Shown here: positions 46,406-54,583 of the stretch, piece by piece
Layout: each line of letters starts with the position of its first letter
Position numbering within the stretch: position 1 is the first letter of the stretch
Assembly (NCBI GenBank): GCA_035446285.1
Contig: DAOMSJ010000002.1
Location: 182,592 to 246,591 of the forward strand
Reading direction: 5' to 3'
Source of the DNA: Anaerolineales bacterium
GTDB taxonomy: Bacteria > Chloroflexota > Anaerolineae > Anaerolineales > UBA11579
Length of the DNA: 64,000 nucleotides
Position numbers and translations under genes: made by a program
The notes under the pieces: model-generated
The model's input: the letters and a program-made list of their open reading frames with translations, nothing else
Told to the model about the DNA's origin: nothing
Databases searched by the model: none

Positions 46406-47902
46406 ATGGCTACCAGCTATCTTGATAATTACTACGCCCGCCTGGGTATTGCGCGTGACGCCAGCCAGGATGAGATTCAGCGGGCCTACCGCCGCGCCGC
46501 TCGCCAGTTCCATCCGGATACCAACAAGCACACCGGCGCCAATGAGCTGTTCCTGCTGGTGCAGGAAGCCTTCGATACGCTGCAAGACCCGCAGAAGCGG
46601 CGTGAGTATGACGCCACCTTGCCGGAAGACATTGATGCGCCGCCCGCGTTGATGGTGAACGCTCTGTACAGCCGCCCGCAGATCACGCCCAATGAACCCG
46701 GCCAGGTCATCTACGTCTTGCTGGACCTCAAGCCCAGCGCCAGCGAAGAAGAGCGCCGGCGCAAGCCGCCGCTCAACGTGGCGCTGGTGCTGGACACCTC
46801 CACCTCGATGGCGGGCACGCGCCTGGGCCAGGTGATCCGCGCCGCCAGCCAGTTTGTCTCGCAACTCTCCGAGCACGATGTGCTCTCGCTGGTCACCTTC
46901 AACGACCGCGCCCAGGTAGTGATCCCGGCCCAGCCTGGCATGGACATCCAGCGGCTCATCTCGCGCATCAGCACCCTGCAGACGAGTGGCGGCACCGAGA
47001 TCTATCAGGGGCTCAAAGCCGGGCTGCACGAAGTGCTGCGCCACCAGCGCCCCAGCGCCATCAACCATATTGTGCTGATCACTGACGGGCGCACCTATGG
47101 CGACGAAGAGGACTGCCTGCGCCTGGCCAGTGATGCCGCCAAGCTGGGCATCCCCATCAGCGCCATTGGCATTGGCCATGAGTGGAACGAAGAGTTTATA
47201 GACCAGTTGGTTTCCAAGGCGGGCGGCAGCAGCCTGTATGCTGACAAGAGCACCGAGATCCACACGCTGCTGGAGAACCGCCTGCAAACCCTGAGCCTGA
47301 GCTATGCCAACAATGTCAAGCTCAATTACGAGAATGGCTTTGGCAGCAAGCTCAACTATGTATTCCGCCTTTCACCGGATGTGGGGCCGGTGGCCGTGGA
47401 GCCGCCCGTCTTTTTGGGCAACGTACCGCAAAACGACAGCCTGAGCCTGCTGTTGGAGTTTGAGCTGGATACACGCGGCACGCATGCGGGCAACTTTATG
47501 CTGGCCGAAGGACGCCTGAGCCTGGATGTGCCCACGCGCCCCACGCCGTCAAACTCAGCGCGCTTCCGCCTGATGCGCCCGGTGGCCGAGAACACCCAAC
47601 CGGAGGCGCCGCCCTCCAGCCTCATCGGGGCGATCGGCAAGCTCTCGCTGTACCGCATGCAGGAGCGCGCCCGCGAGGACATGGAGCACGGCGACCCGCA
47701 GGGCGCGGCCAAGCGCATGCGCATGCTGGCTACGCGGCTGCTCTCGCAAGGCCAGCGCAGCCTGGCGCGCACCGTGCTGCTGGCCGCCGATGATATTAAG
47801 GATGGCGCGGCCATGGGTGCGAAGGAAGGAAAACAGATAAAATACGGCACACGCGCCCTGATTGACGATACCGAAGGGCGCGAGAAACGAGGCGCACGGT
47901 GA
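46406..47902 (+). CDS. J-domain (DnaJ N-terminal) protein fused to a von Willebrand factor A domain
   Basis: The J domain reads YYARLGIARDASQDEIQRAYRRAARQFHPDTN (HPD present). The vWA domain has an intact MIDAS motif, VALVLDTSTSMAG. I chose the start at MATSYL (46406). Confidence 0.85.
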   Translation: MATSYLDNYYARLGIARDASQDEIQRAYRRAARQFHPDTNKHTGANELFLLVQEAFDTLQDPQKRREYDATLPEDIDAPPALMVNALYSRPQITPNEPGQVIYVLLDLKPSASEEERRRKPPLNVALVLDTSTSMAGTRLGQVIRAASQFVSQLSEHDVLSLVTFNDRAQVVIPAQPGMDIQRLISRISTLQTSGGTEIYQGLKAGLHEVLRHQRPSAINHIVLITDGRTYGDEEDCLRLASDAAKLGIPISAIGIGHEWNEEFIDQLVSKAGGSSLYADKSTEIHTLLENRLQTLSLSYANNVKLNYENGFGSKLNYVFRLSPDVGPVAVEPPVFLGNVPQNDSLSLLLEFELDTRGTHAGNFMLAEGRLSLDVPTRPTPSNSARFRLMRPVAENTQPEAPPSSLIGAIGKLSLYRMQERAREDMEHGDPQGAAKRMRMLATRLLSQGQRSLARTVLLAADDIKDGAAMGAKEGKQIKYGTRALIDDTEGREKRGAR

Positions 47903-48408
47903 TCGTCGTTTGCAAAGGTTGTGGCAAAAATCAGGAGCAGGATGATCTGTTCTGCCCGGATTGTGGCGCCAAGCTCATCTCGGATGAAGGCTTGCGCACC
48001 ATGCCCATGGATGGCCCGCTCGGCGGGCTGACCACCACGCGCCTGCAAACCAGCGAGGCGCTGATGCGCCCCAGCGGCCCGGCACGCCTGAATCTGCACA
48101 TCATCCGCAGCGGCCAGATTTTGCCGCTGGAGGGCCCCGGAGAATTCGTTGTCGGCCGTGTTAGCTCCGGCCAATCCATCCTGCCGGATGTTGACCTGGA
48201 GCCGTATGCGGCCTACGAATCGGGCGTTTCTCGCCTGCATGCACGCATCCGCATCCAGAACGACGAGATCTCCATCATGGACCTGGGCTCGGCCAACGGC
48301 ACACGCCTGAACAACGAGAAGCTCTCGCCGCACCAGCCCTATTCGATTCATCACAAAGATGTGCTGCGCTTTGGGCGCATGAGCATCCAAGCCCTCACTG
48401 GTGACTAA
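47899..48408 (+). CDS. Zinc-ribbon + FHA domain protein
   Basis: The N-terminus has CKGCG...CPDCG. The FHA region reads FVVGRV...VSRLHARI...IMDLGSANGTRLNNEKL. A GTG start overlaps the upstream stop (GTGA). Confidence 0.85.
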   Translation: MIVVCKGCGKNQEQDDLFCPDCGAKLISDEGLRTMPMDGPLGGLTTTRLQTSEALMRPSGPARLNLHIIRSGQILPLEGPGEFVVGRVSSGQSILPDVDLEPYAAYESGVSRLHARIRIQNDEISIMDLGSANGTRLNNEKLSPHQPYSIHHKDVLRFGRMSIQALTGD

Positions 48409-48417
48409 GGAGCCTGC

Positions 48418-48660
48418 ATGCCGCACACGGTATTGATCCACCTACATAATGAAGACCCCGTGGTGGGCGAGATCGAAGACATGCCCAACCCGGCTGATAC
48501 GGTTTTGCGTGTGCAAAACCCGCGCAGGCGTGATGGCAAGGATCTGCACTACCTGCAGAGTGATGTGACCACTGTATTTTGGTCGTGGGGCCGCATCAAC
48601 TTTTTGGAAGTTCTGCCGACTGGCGGAGAAGACGAGATCATTGGTTTCGTGAGGGAATAA
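48418..48660 (+). CDS. Hypothetical small protein (80 aa)
   Basis: Lies 9 nt downstream of the FHA gene on the same strand. It has clean coding character but no family was recognised. Confidence 0.6.
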   Translation: MPHTVLIHLHNEDPVVGEIEDMPNPADTVLRVQNPRRRDGKDLHYLQSDVTTVFWSWGRINFLEVLPTGGEDEIIGFVRE

Positions 48661-48756
48661 CCTAAATCCACGGATAAACACAGATGCAAAAACAGATGTA
48701 TCAGATTTATCGGTTTGAATATCTGCGTTCATCTGTGGATAATGCAATTTCTGACT

Positions 48757-49530
48757 ATGACTGAATCTCAATTTACCAACAAACGTATTCTGGTGGTGGA
48801 TGATGAGGAGCGCATTGTGCGCTTCATTCGCCTCAACCTGGAGCAGGATGGCTTTCAAGTGGAAGAAGCTTTTTCCGGCAAGAAGGCAATGGATAAGCTA
48901 CGCCAAAGCCTGCCCGACATGGTGCTGCTGGATGTGATGCTGCCAGATATTGACGGCTTTGAGGTACTGCGCCTGATCCGCGAGAACAATGATGTGCCCG
49001 TGATCATGCTGACCGCCAAGTCTGAGGAAGATGACCGCGTGCGCGGCCTGGAGCTGGGCGCGGATGATTACGTGACCAAGCCGTTCAGCCCGCGCGAGCT
49101 GGTGAGCCGCGTGCGCGCCGTACTGCGCCGCACCGAGGCGCAGCGCGGCAGCGAGGGCATCATCCAGGTGGATGAGCGCCTCAAGCTGGATTTTGACCGC
49201 CGCGAGGTGTGGGTGGATGGCAAGCTGGTCAAGCTGCGCCCCACCGAGTATCGCCTGCTCTATCACCTGGTGCAGAACGCTGGCTGGGTGGTGACGCACG
49301 ACCAGATCCTGGCCAAGGTGTGGGGCTATGAATACCGCGATGAGCCGCATTATGTGCGCTTATATGTGAATTACCTGCGTGAAAAGATCGAAAAGGACCC
49401 GGCGCAGCCCAAGTACATTCTCACCGAGCGCGGTGTGGGCTACCGCTTTGTGGACTTTAAGCGTGAGCAGCAAGACGCCGCCAAAGAATCCAGCAAAGAA
49501 CCGAAAGACAGCAAAAAGAGCAAGAAGTAA
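48757..49530 (+). CDS. OmpR/PhoB-family response regulator (no adjacent histidine kinase)
   Basis: The receiver domain reads RILVVDDEE...[14 protein letters not shown]...LTAK. The winged helix reads [12 protein letters not shown]...GVGYRF. It ends in a Lys/Glu-rich tail. I chose the start at MTESQF. Confidence 0.88.
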   Translation: MTESQFTNKRILVVDDEERIVRFIRLNLEQDGFQVEEAFSGKKAMDKLRQSLPDMVLLDVMLPDIDGFEVLRLIRENNDVPVIMLTAKSEEDDRVRGLELGADDYVTKPFSPRELVSRVRAVLRRTEAQRGSEGIIQVDERLKLDFDRREVWVDGKLVKLRPTEYRLLYHLVQNAGWVVTHDQILAKVWGYEYRDEPHYVRLYVNYLREKIEKDPAQPKYILTERGVGYRFVDFKREQQDAAKESSKEPKDSKKSKK

Positions 49531-49588
49531 ATTCTGCCGGCTGCTCAGTTTTCAACGTAGCGCCGAGTTTCGTTACTCAACCGAGTAG

Positions 49589-49616
49589 AAAGCCCGCTGA
49601 CAGCGGGCTTTTTTTG
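49589..49616. terminator. Intrinsic terminator (bidirectional context) after the response regulator gene
   Basis: The sequence is AAAGCCCGC tgaca GCGGGCTTT followed by tttttg. Confidence 0.8.
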
Positions 49617-49620
49617 ATGC

Positions 49621-49977
49621 CTAGTTGTTCTTGGCGATGTGCTTATCCATCTCGTCGGCCAGGGCCACGAGATAGTGCCAGTTGTAGATACCGTACTTGT
49701 GGCCGTCTTCCCATTCAATGTTGATAGCGTAGTTGCCCACCGCTTCGATACCCACCAGGCGGGTGGTGCTGGCGTTCATCAACGGAATGATGAATACGCC
49801 GGGATCTGGCTCCGGCTTCATGTTCTCATGGCCGCCGCGGCACTGGGCGCACGGGCAGGCATTGCGCAGCAGATCGAAGGGATAGCTGACCACGCGGCCG
49901 TTGCTCCATTCGATGGTGAGGCGCGCATTGGCGCGGTTGGCAGTAATGGACTTGGGAGTGGGTTCAATTTCAGGCAT
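49621..49977 (-). CDS. DUF971 (gamma-butyrobetaine hydroxylase-like N-terminal) domain protein
   Basis: Contains LTIEWSNGRVVSYPFDLLRNACPCAQCRG and IEWEDGHKYGIYNWHYL. Confidence 0.8.
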   Translation of the reverse strand: MPEIEPTPKSITANRANARLTIEWSNGRVVSYPFDLLRNACPCAQCRGGHENMKPEPDPGVFIIPLMNASTTRLVGIEAVGNYAINIEWEDGHKYGIYNWHYLVALADEMDKHIAKNN

Positions 49978-50063
49978 GGTTCTGTAATAGTAATTGGTAA
50001 GTTGTAAATACAGATTGGAGATTCGAGATTTAATCTCTACTCTCCAATCTCTGTTTCCTCTAT

Positions 50064-50561
50064 TTAGTCGCTAACCACCACTTCAAGATACGTTCCCGCC
50101 GCCCAACCCGCTCGGGCTGCGTCCACCGGGGTGACGATGTACCACCAGATCAGGCCGTCCACCTCGCGCGGGCCATCACGCACCACGAAGACTTCAGCGT
50201 CATAGGCCAGGAACTGGATGGTGGTGGCCAGGCCGGGTGCGTTGCGGATGTTGAGGCCGCGCCCCTCGGTGCCGATGATCTGCACAAAGGCGCCCACGCC
50301 CATCTGGCCACTGGCTGGCGGCTCAAAGGACGGCGTGGGGGTGGAGGTGGGTACCAGCGTGGCGGTGGGGGCTGGGGTGTTGGTGGGGCCAGGAATCCAA
50401 GTCAGCGCGGCAGCACGGTCTTCGACCGTGCTGGCCGGCAGGTACGCCAACATAGCGAACACTGCCGCGCCACCCAACAGCACCGCCAAACCTAATGCGG
50501 CCAGCAGCACATGAGGTGTGGCATAGCGCTTAATGCGCTGAAGGAAACCCTGTGATTCCAC
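50064..50561 (-). CDS. Membrane-anchored SH3b-like domain protein
   Basis: Has an N-terminal TM helix and a Thr/Pro linker. The C-terminal part, GAFVQIIGTEGRGLNIRNAPG...GWAAGTYLEVV, resembles bacterial SH3. Confidence 0.6.
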   Translation of the reverse strand: MESQGFLQRIKRYATPHVLLAALGLAVLLGGAAVFAMLAYLPASTVEDRAAALTWIPGPTNTPAPTATLVPTSTPTPSFEPPASGQMGVGAFVQIIGTEGRGLNIRNAPGLATTIQFLAYDAEVFVVRDGPREVDGLIWWYIVTPVDAARAGWAAGTYLEVVVSD

Positions 50562-50645
50562 GGGGTTAAGGATACTACGCGAAGGGCGTAGTTGCAGGAG
50601 TGCTGCTGAGGTAGCCGTCTGATGCCGCGGGCTTAAGCTCGCTGG

Positions 50646-51419
50646 CTACTGCCCCCAGATCAAAGGAATGCTGTATTCGAAGACACAGCGGAAGCCGCGG
50701 TTGAAACCCGCCGAACCGGGTTCGTGCCCCAGCCGTGAATAGGCCAGGCTGTACACCGGCGGGTCAAACCAGGCGGCGCCACGCAACACCACGCGGGCTT
50801 CATCAAACCAGTCATCCACCCATTCGCGCACATTGCCGCCCATATCCATCACCCCGTAGGGGCTGCTACCGCCGGTGAAGCTGCCTACGGCAGCGGTAGT
50901 GGCCGTAGCAGCATAGCGGCCCACCTGGGCACGCACATCAAAATCATCGGTTTCGCCCCAGGCAAAGCTGTTGCCATAGGGGCCGCGGGCGGCCTTCTCC
51001 CATTCCAGCTCGTGCGGCAAACGGCCGCCAGCCCACTCGCAGAACTCTTGTGCTTCGTACCAGGTGACATACACCACCGGGTGGTCAGCATATTCCTTGA
51101 GATAGAAAAAGGGATTGCGCTCTGGGCCAACGGGGTAAACACAGGCGCCCACATTGACGCATTTGCGGTACTGGGCATTGGTGACCTGCGTGCGTGAGAT
51201 CCAGTAGCCCGGCAGGCTGGTGTGCATGGTGGTTTGGGCGCTAATACTGGTGGGGGTGTTGTTGGGGTGCTGCCCGGCAGTGAATTCGCCACCAGGAACA
51301 AACACCTCCAACTGTTCGCTACGCGGATTTAAGCGAATATACGACCTGCACGAAGGCAGCAGGCCAATCAAGGCGCAAGCGATGGCAATTGTTGCCCATT
51401 TTTTAACCCACACGAACAA
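50646..51419 (-). CDS. Formylglycine-generating-enzyme (SUMF1/FGE-sulfatase) domain lipoprotein
   Basis: Has the lipobox LLPSC. Contains HPVVYVTWYEAQEFCEW, GRLPHELEWEKAARG, GNVREWV, RGAAW and GFRCV. Confidence 0.85.
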   Translation of the reverse strand: MFVWVKKWATIAIACALIGLLPSCRSYIRLNPRSEQLEVFVPGGEFTAGQHPNNTPTSISAQTTMHTSLPGYWISRTQVTNAQYRKCVNVGACVYPVGPERNPFFYLKEYADHPVVYVTWYEAQEFCEWAGGRLPHELEWEKAARGPYGNSFAWGETDDFDVRAQVGRYAATATTAAVGSFTGGSSPYGVMDMGGNVREWVDDWFDEARVVLRGAAWFDPPVYSLAYSRLGHEPGSAGFNRGFRCVFEYSIPLIWGQ

Positions 51420-51524
51420 ACTTGCTCCTGGCTGATTTGCAGTCTATGCGGATTGGCACGGCTTGTCAATCATCTGAAATTCCTAGCCAGAATCATTGAG
51501 GGCGTACGATAGAATCAGGCAGCT

Positions 51525-52538
51525 ATGGCAGAAAAAGCATTGCTCAATAAACGCTACCAGCTGCAGGATTTTCTGGAAAAAGGCGGCATGGCCAGCGTGT
51601 ACCGCGGCCGTGACCTGATGCTGGAGCGCGATGTGGCCATCAAGGTGCTGCGCGAAGAGTATTCCAAGGATGCCGGCTTCCGTGAGCGCTTCCGCCAGGA
51701 GGCCAAGGCAGCCGCCAACCTGAGCCACAGCAATATCGTCACCGTGTACGACTTTGGTTACGATGAGGAGCATCTCTTCATTGTGATGGAGTACGTGCCC
51801 GGCACCGACCTGAACACGCTCATCAAGCAGAAACGTATCTATTCGCTGGAGGAGGGCATTCCTCTGGTGATTCAGGCCTGCAAGGGCTTGGGCTATGCCC
51901 ACCGGGCCGGGCTGGTGCACTGTGACATTAAGCCGCACAATTTTCTGGTGACGCCAGATGGCCGCGTCAAAGTGACCGATTTTGGTATCGCCCGGGCGCT
52001 GGCCTCGATCAATCCGCGTGAAGAGCAGGAAGTAGTGTGGGGTTCGCCACAATACTTCTCGCCCGAGCAGGCAGCCGGCAGTGCCCCCTCCCCGGCCTCC
52101 GACGTGTACAGCATGGGCGTGATCATGTACCTGATGTTCACCGGCCAGCTGCCCTTCACCAGCAAGACCCCGGCCGAACTGGGCCAGCAACACCGTTATG
52201 AGCAGCCTGTGCCGCCCAACCAGCTCAACCCCAACATTCCGCCAGCACTAAACGAGATCATGATGAAAGTGCTCTCCAAGGAGCCCTCGGCGCGCTACCG
52301 CGCCGCAGACCAACTCGGCCGCGTGCTGCTGACCTTCGCCGCGCCGCAAGTGGCGGCCGACCGCGCCCAGGATGCCCCCACCATCAGCCTGCCCGCCGCT
52401 GAGCTGGAGAACGCCGCACCCGAAGGCAAAACCGACTGGGTGGCGGTGCTGCTGGGCTTGCTGGCGGCTGTGGCCGTGGGCGGCCTGCTGCCCTTCTGGA
52501 TGTGGGTGTATTTGGTCTATAACCCACCGTTGCAGTAA
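51525..52538 (+). CDS. Ser/Thr protein kinase with a C-terminal TM anchor
   Basis: Contains GGMASVYRG, VAIKVL, HCDIKPHN, DFGIA and SPEQA. The C-terminal TM helix is WVAVLLGLLAAVAVGGLLPFWMWVYLV. Confidence 0.9.
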   Translation: MAEKALLNKRYQLQDFLEKGGMASVYRGRDLMLERDVAIKVLREEYSKDAGFRERFRQEAKAAANLSHSNIVTVYDFGYDEEHLFIVMEYVPGTDLNTLIKQKRIYSLEEGIPLVIQACKGLGYAHRAGLVHCDIKPHNFLVTPDGRVKVTDFGIARALASINPREEQEVVWGSPQYFSPEQAAGSAPSPASDVYSMGVIMYLMFTGQLPFTSKTPAELGQQHRYEQPVPPNQLNPNIPPALNEIMMKVLSKEPSARYRAADQLGRVLLTFAAPQVAADRAQDAPTISLPAAELENAAPEGKTDWVAVLLGLLAAVAVGGLLPFWMWVYLVYNPPLQ

Positions 52539-52578
52539 GGGGCGTTAGGCAGCCGCGCCAAACCAACGCAGCCACACT

Positions 52579-53424
52579 ATGCACTCTTTAAAGGGCAGTA
52601 TTGCCAAACCCATCGCGTTGATCTTTGCTATTGCGGCAATTGCGATTGTATGCATGGTCTATCCATTCCTGACGGGTGGATACGACCGCCTGGCGGTCCC
52701 CCTCTCGACAATGGTGCAGGTCTTTGGGGTCGTCGGGCTGGCGCTCGTGCCGGGCGGCCTGCTGTGGTTGGCTAAGCCGAAGTTTGGGTTCGCACTCTCC
52801 GTATGGAGTAGCGCAGTAGCTACCTGTATCGCGCTCGTTTTAGCTTTGTTCGCCACCCTCAGCGTGGGCAACGCGTTTGGGATCCTGACGCTTGCCGCTT
52901 GGGCCTATACGCTCATTCAGTTGATACCGGAATTGAAGCGTCTGAAACACGCCGAGAACAGCGGGTTTCGTCCCGTGCCGCTGTACCTTGTGTGTCTTCC
53001 CGTGCTGGTGCTGGCTGCTCAGCTGGTTCTGGCAGGGCCGATGACGCAGGCGAGCAGAGACCGCGCCATTGCAAACGCCAGCCTGTTCATCGAAGACATC
53101 GAGCAGTATTACGCCAGCCATGGCCGGTATCCGCTCTCGCTCCAGGCGCAGAACAGGGATTACTATCCAAATATCGTGGGGGTCGAACGGTATATCTATG
53201 TGCCGCAGGGCGATTCGTACAATCTCTCGTTCGAACAGCCAAGATTCCTGCTCGACCGCTTCGGCACACGCGAATGGGTCGTCTACAATCCGCGTGACGA
53301 GCATCGCGTTTTTAGCCACACAGCGTGGCTGCTTGCACCGCCCGAGGTGGTGGAGCCGAGCCAAGGCTGGTACGCCGTCCACGATAGCGCCCAGCCGCAC
53401 TGGAGGTACTTCTGGTTTGATTGA
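52579..53424 (+). CDS. Hypothetical membrane protein (about 5 TM + 130-aa C-terminal soluble domain)
   Basis: 281-aa ORF with a hydrophobic N-terminal half. No family was recognised. Confidence 0.65.
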   Translation: MHSLKGSIAKPIALIFAIAAIAIVCMVYPFLTGGYDRLAVPLSTMVQVFGVVGLALVPGGLLWLAKPKFGFALSVWSSAVATCIALVLALFATLSVGNAFGILTLAAWAYTLIQLIPELKRLKHAENSGFRPVPLYLVCLPVLVLAAQLVLAGPMTQASRDRAIANASLFIEDIEQYYASHGRYPLSLQAQNRDYYPNIVGVERYIYVPQGDSYNLSFEQPRFLLDRFGTREWVVYNPRDEHRVFSHTAWLLAPPEVVEPSQGWYAVHDSAQPHWRYFWFD

Positions 53425-53518
53425 TCAACAAAACCAAGCCCAAGAGTACTTTTCGGGTGGGCTTAGGCTGGGTCAGCCTCAAAAAAGTGCAGGGCTTTAC
53501 CTCAGTTATAATTTTCCA

Positions 53519-54196
53519 ATGGCTTTGAAGCCACTGATTGCTCCATCCATCCTAAGCGCAGATTTCGGCCACCTGGCCGAGCAGATCAGCCAAGCCGAGC
53601 AGGCTGGGGCTGATTGGCTGCATATTGACGTAATGGACGGGCATTTTGTGCCGCCCATTACCATGGGCCAGATCGTCACCCAGGTGTGCCGCACGCACAG
53701 CCAGCTGCCGCTGGATGTGCACCTGATGGTCGAAGCGCCGGACGGTATGCTGGCCTCCTTCGCACAAGCCGGCGCCGACCATCTTCACATTCATGTGGAA
53801 GCCAGCCCAGACCCGGCGGCCAGTCTGCGCGCCATCCGTGCGCTGGGCTGCAAAGCCGGTCTGGCGCTCAACCCGTCCACCCCCGTAGAGAAGGTGCTGC
53901 CCTACTTGGCGGAGGCTGACATCGTGCTGGTGATGAGCGTCAACCCGGGCCGCAGCGGCCAGGCCTTCATTCCCGAGAGCCTCTCGAAAATTCGCACTCT
54001 GCGCCAGGCGATTGAAAACGCCGGGCTGGACACCCTCATTGAGCTGGACGGCGGCATTGACGCCAACACCCTGCCGGGTTGTTTTGCCGCCGGCGGCTCA
54101 GCCTTTGTGGCCGGCAGTGCAGTCTTCTCCCACCCCGATGGGATTGCGGCGGGCCTGCGTGCCCTGCGCAATGCCCAGCTCGTATCCCAGAACTAG
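53519..54196 (+). CDS. rpe: Ribulose-phosphate 3-epimerase
   Basis: Contains IAPSILSADFGHLAEQI, HIDVMDGHFVP, MSVNPG and DGGI. I chose the ATG at 53519. TATAAT lies 6 nt upstream. The track ORF from 53069 is an N-terminal over-extension. Confidence 0.92.
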   Translation: MALKPLIAPSILSADFGHLAEQISQAEQAGADWLHIDVMDGHFVPPITMGQIVTQVCRTHSQLPLDVHLMVEAPDGMLASFAQAGADHLHIHVEASPDPAASLRAIRALGCKAGLALNPSTPVEKVLPYLAEADIVLVMSVNPGRSGQAFIPESLSKIRTLRQAIENAGLDTLIELDGGIDANTLPGCFAAGGSAFVAGSAVFSHPDGIAAGLRALRNAQLVSQN

Positions 54197-54204
54197 GACA
54201 ACCT

Positions 54205-54555
54205 ATGACGGCAAATGACCCCCACGGCAGCATTCATGTCTCCCCACGAGCCATTGCCACGATTGCCTACCAGGCGGCCGTACAGTCGTACGGCGTGGTG
54301 GGCCTGGCCGCCAAGAATTTCCTGGATGGGGTGAGCCACTTCATCGTCAAGGACCCCACGCACGGCATCGAGGTCAGCTACGAAGACGATGCCATCCACA
54401 TCGATGTTTACATCGTGGTGGAATACGGCACCAACATCAAGACCATCGCCTCCAGCGTGGCGCAGACCGTGCGCTTCAGTGTGGAGAAGGCGCTGGGCTT
54501 GCCCATTCAACACGTCAACGTGCACATTCAGGGTCTGCGCATCAGCGCCGGCTAA
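54205..54555 (+). CDS. Asp23/Gls24 family envelope stress protein (YloU-like)
   Basis: Contains IHVSPRAIATIAYQAAVQSYGVVGL and VNVHIQGL. It occupies the position upstream of the DAK2 gene, as in the Firmicute yloU-yloV pair. Confidence 0.85.
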   Translation: MTANDPHGSIHVSPRAIATIAYQAAVQSYGVVGLAAKNFLDGVSHFIVKDPTHGIEVSYEDDAIHIDVYIVVEYGTNIKTIASSVAQTVRFSVEKALGLPIQHVNVHIQGLRISAG

Positions 54556-54583
54556 AAAATCCAGCAGAGAAGCAGGTCTTATC

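Noticed and set aside
50646-51419. The FGE-sulfatase (C-type-lectin fold) protein as a possible diversity-generating retroelement target.
   Set aside because: There is no reverse transcriptase, no template repeat matching the 3' end of the gene, and no adenine-specific mismatch pattern anywhere in the window. FGE-domain proteins adjacent to Ser/Thr kinases are common without a DGR.
53069-53518. N-terminal over-extensions of track ORFs: 53069 for rpe, 26195 for mrpE, 54389 for yloV, 54079 for asp23, 24410 for mrpB, 43248 for the kinase and 46331 for J-vWA.
   Set aside because: The extensions overlap the preceding genes out of frame and have non-protein-like composition. Internal ATGs with SD or TATAAT context coincide with the conserved N-termini of the families.
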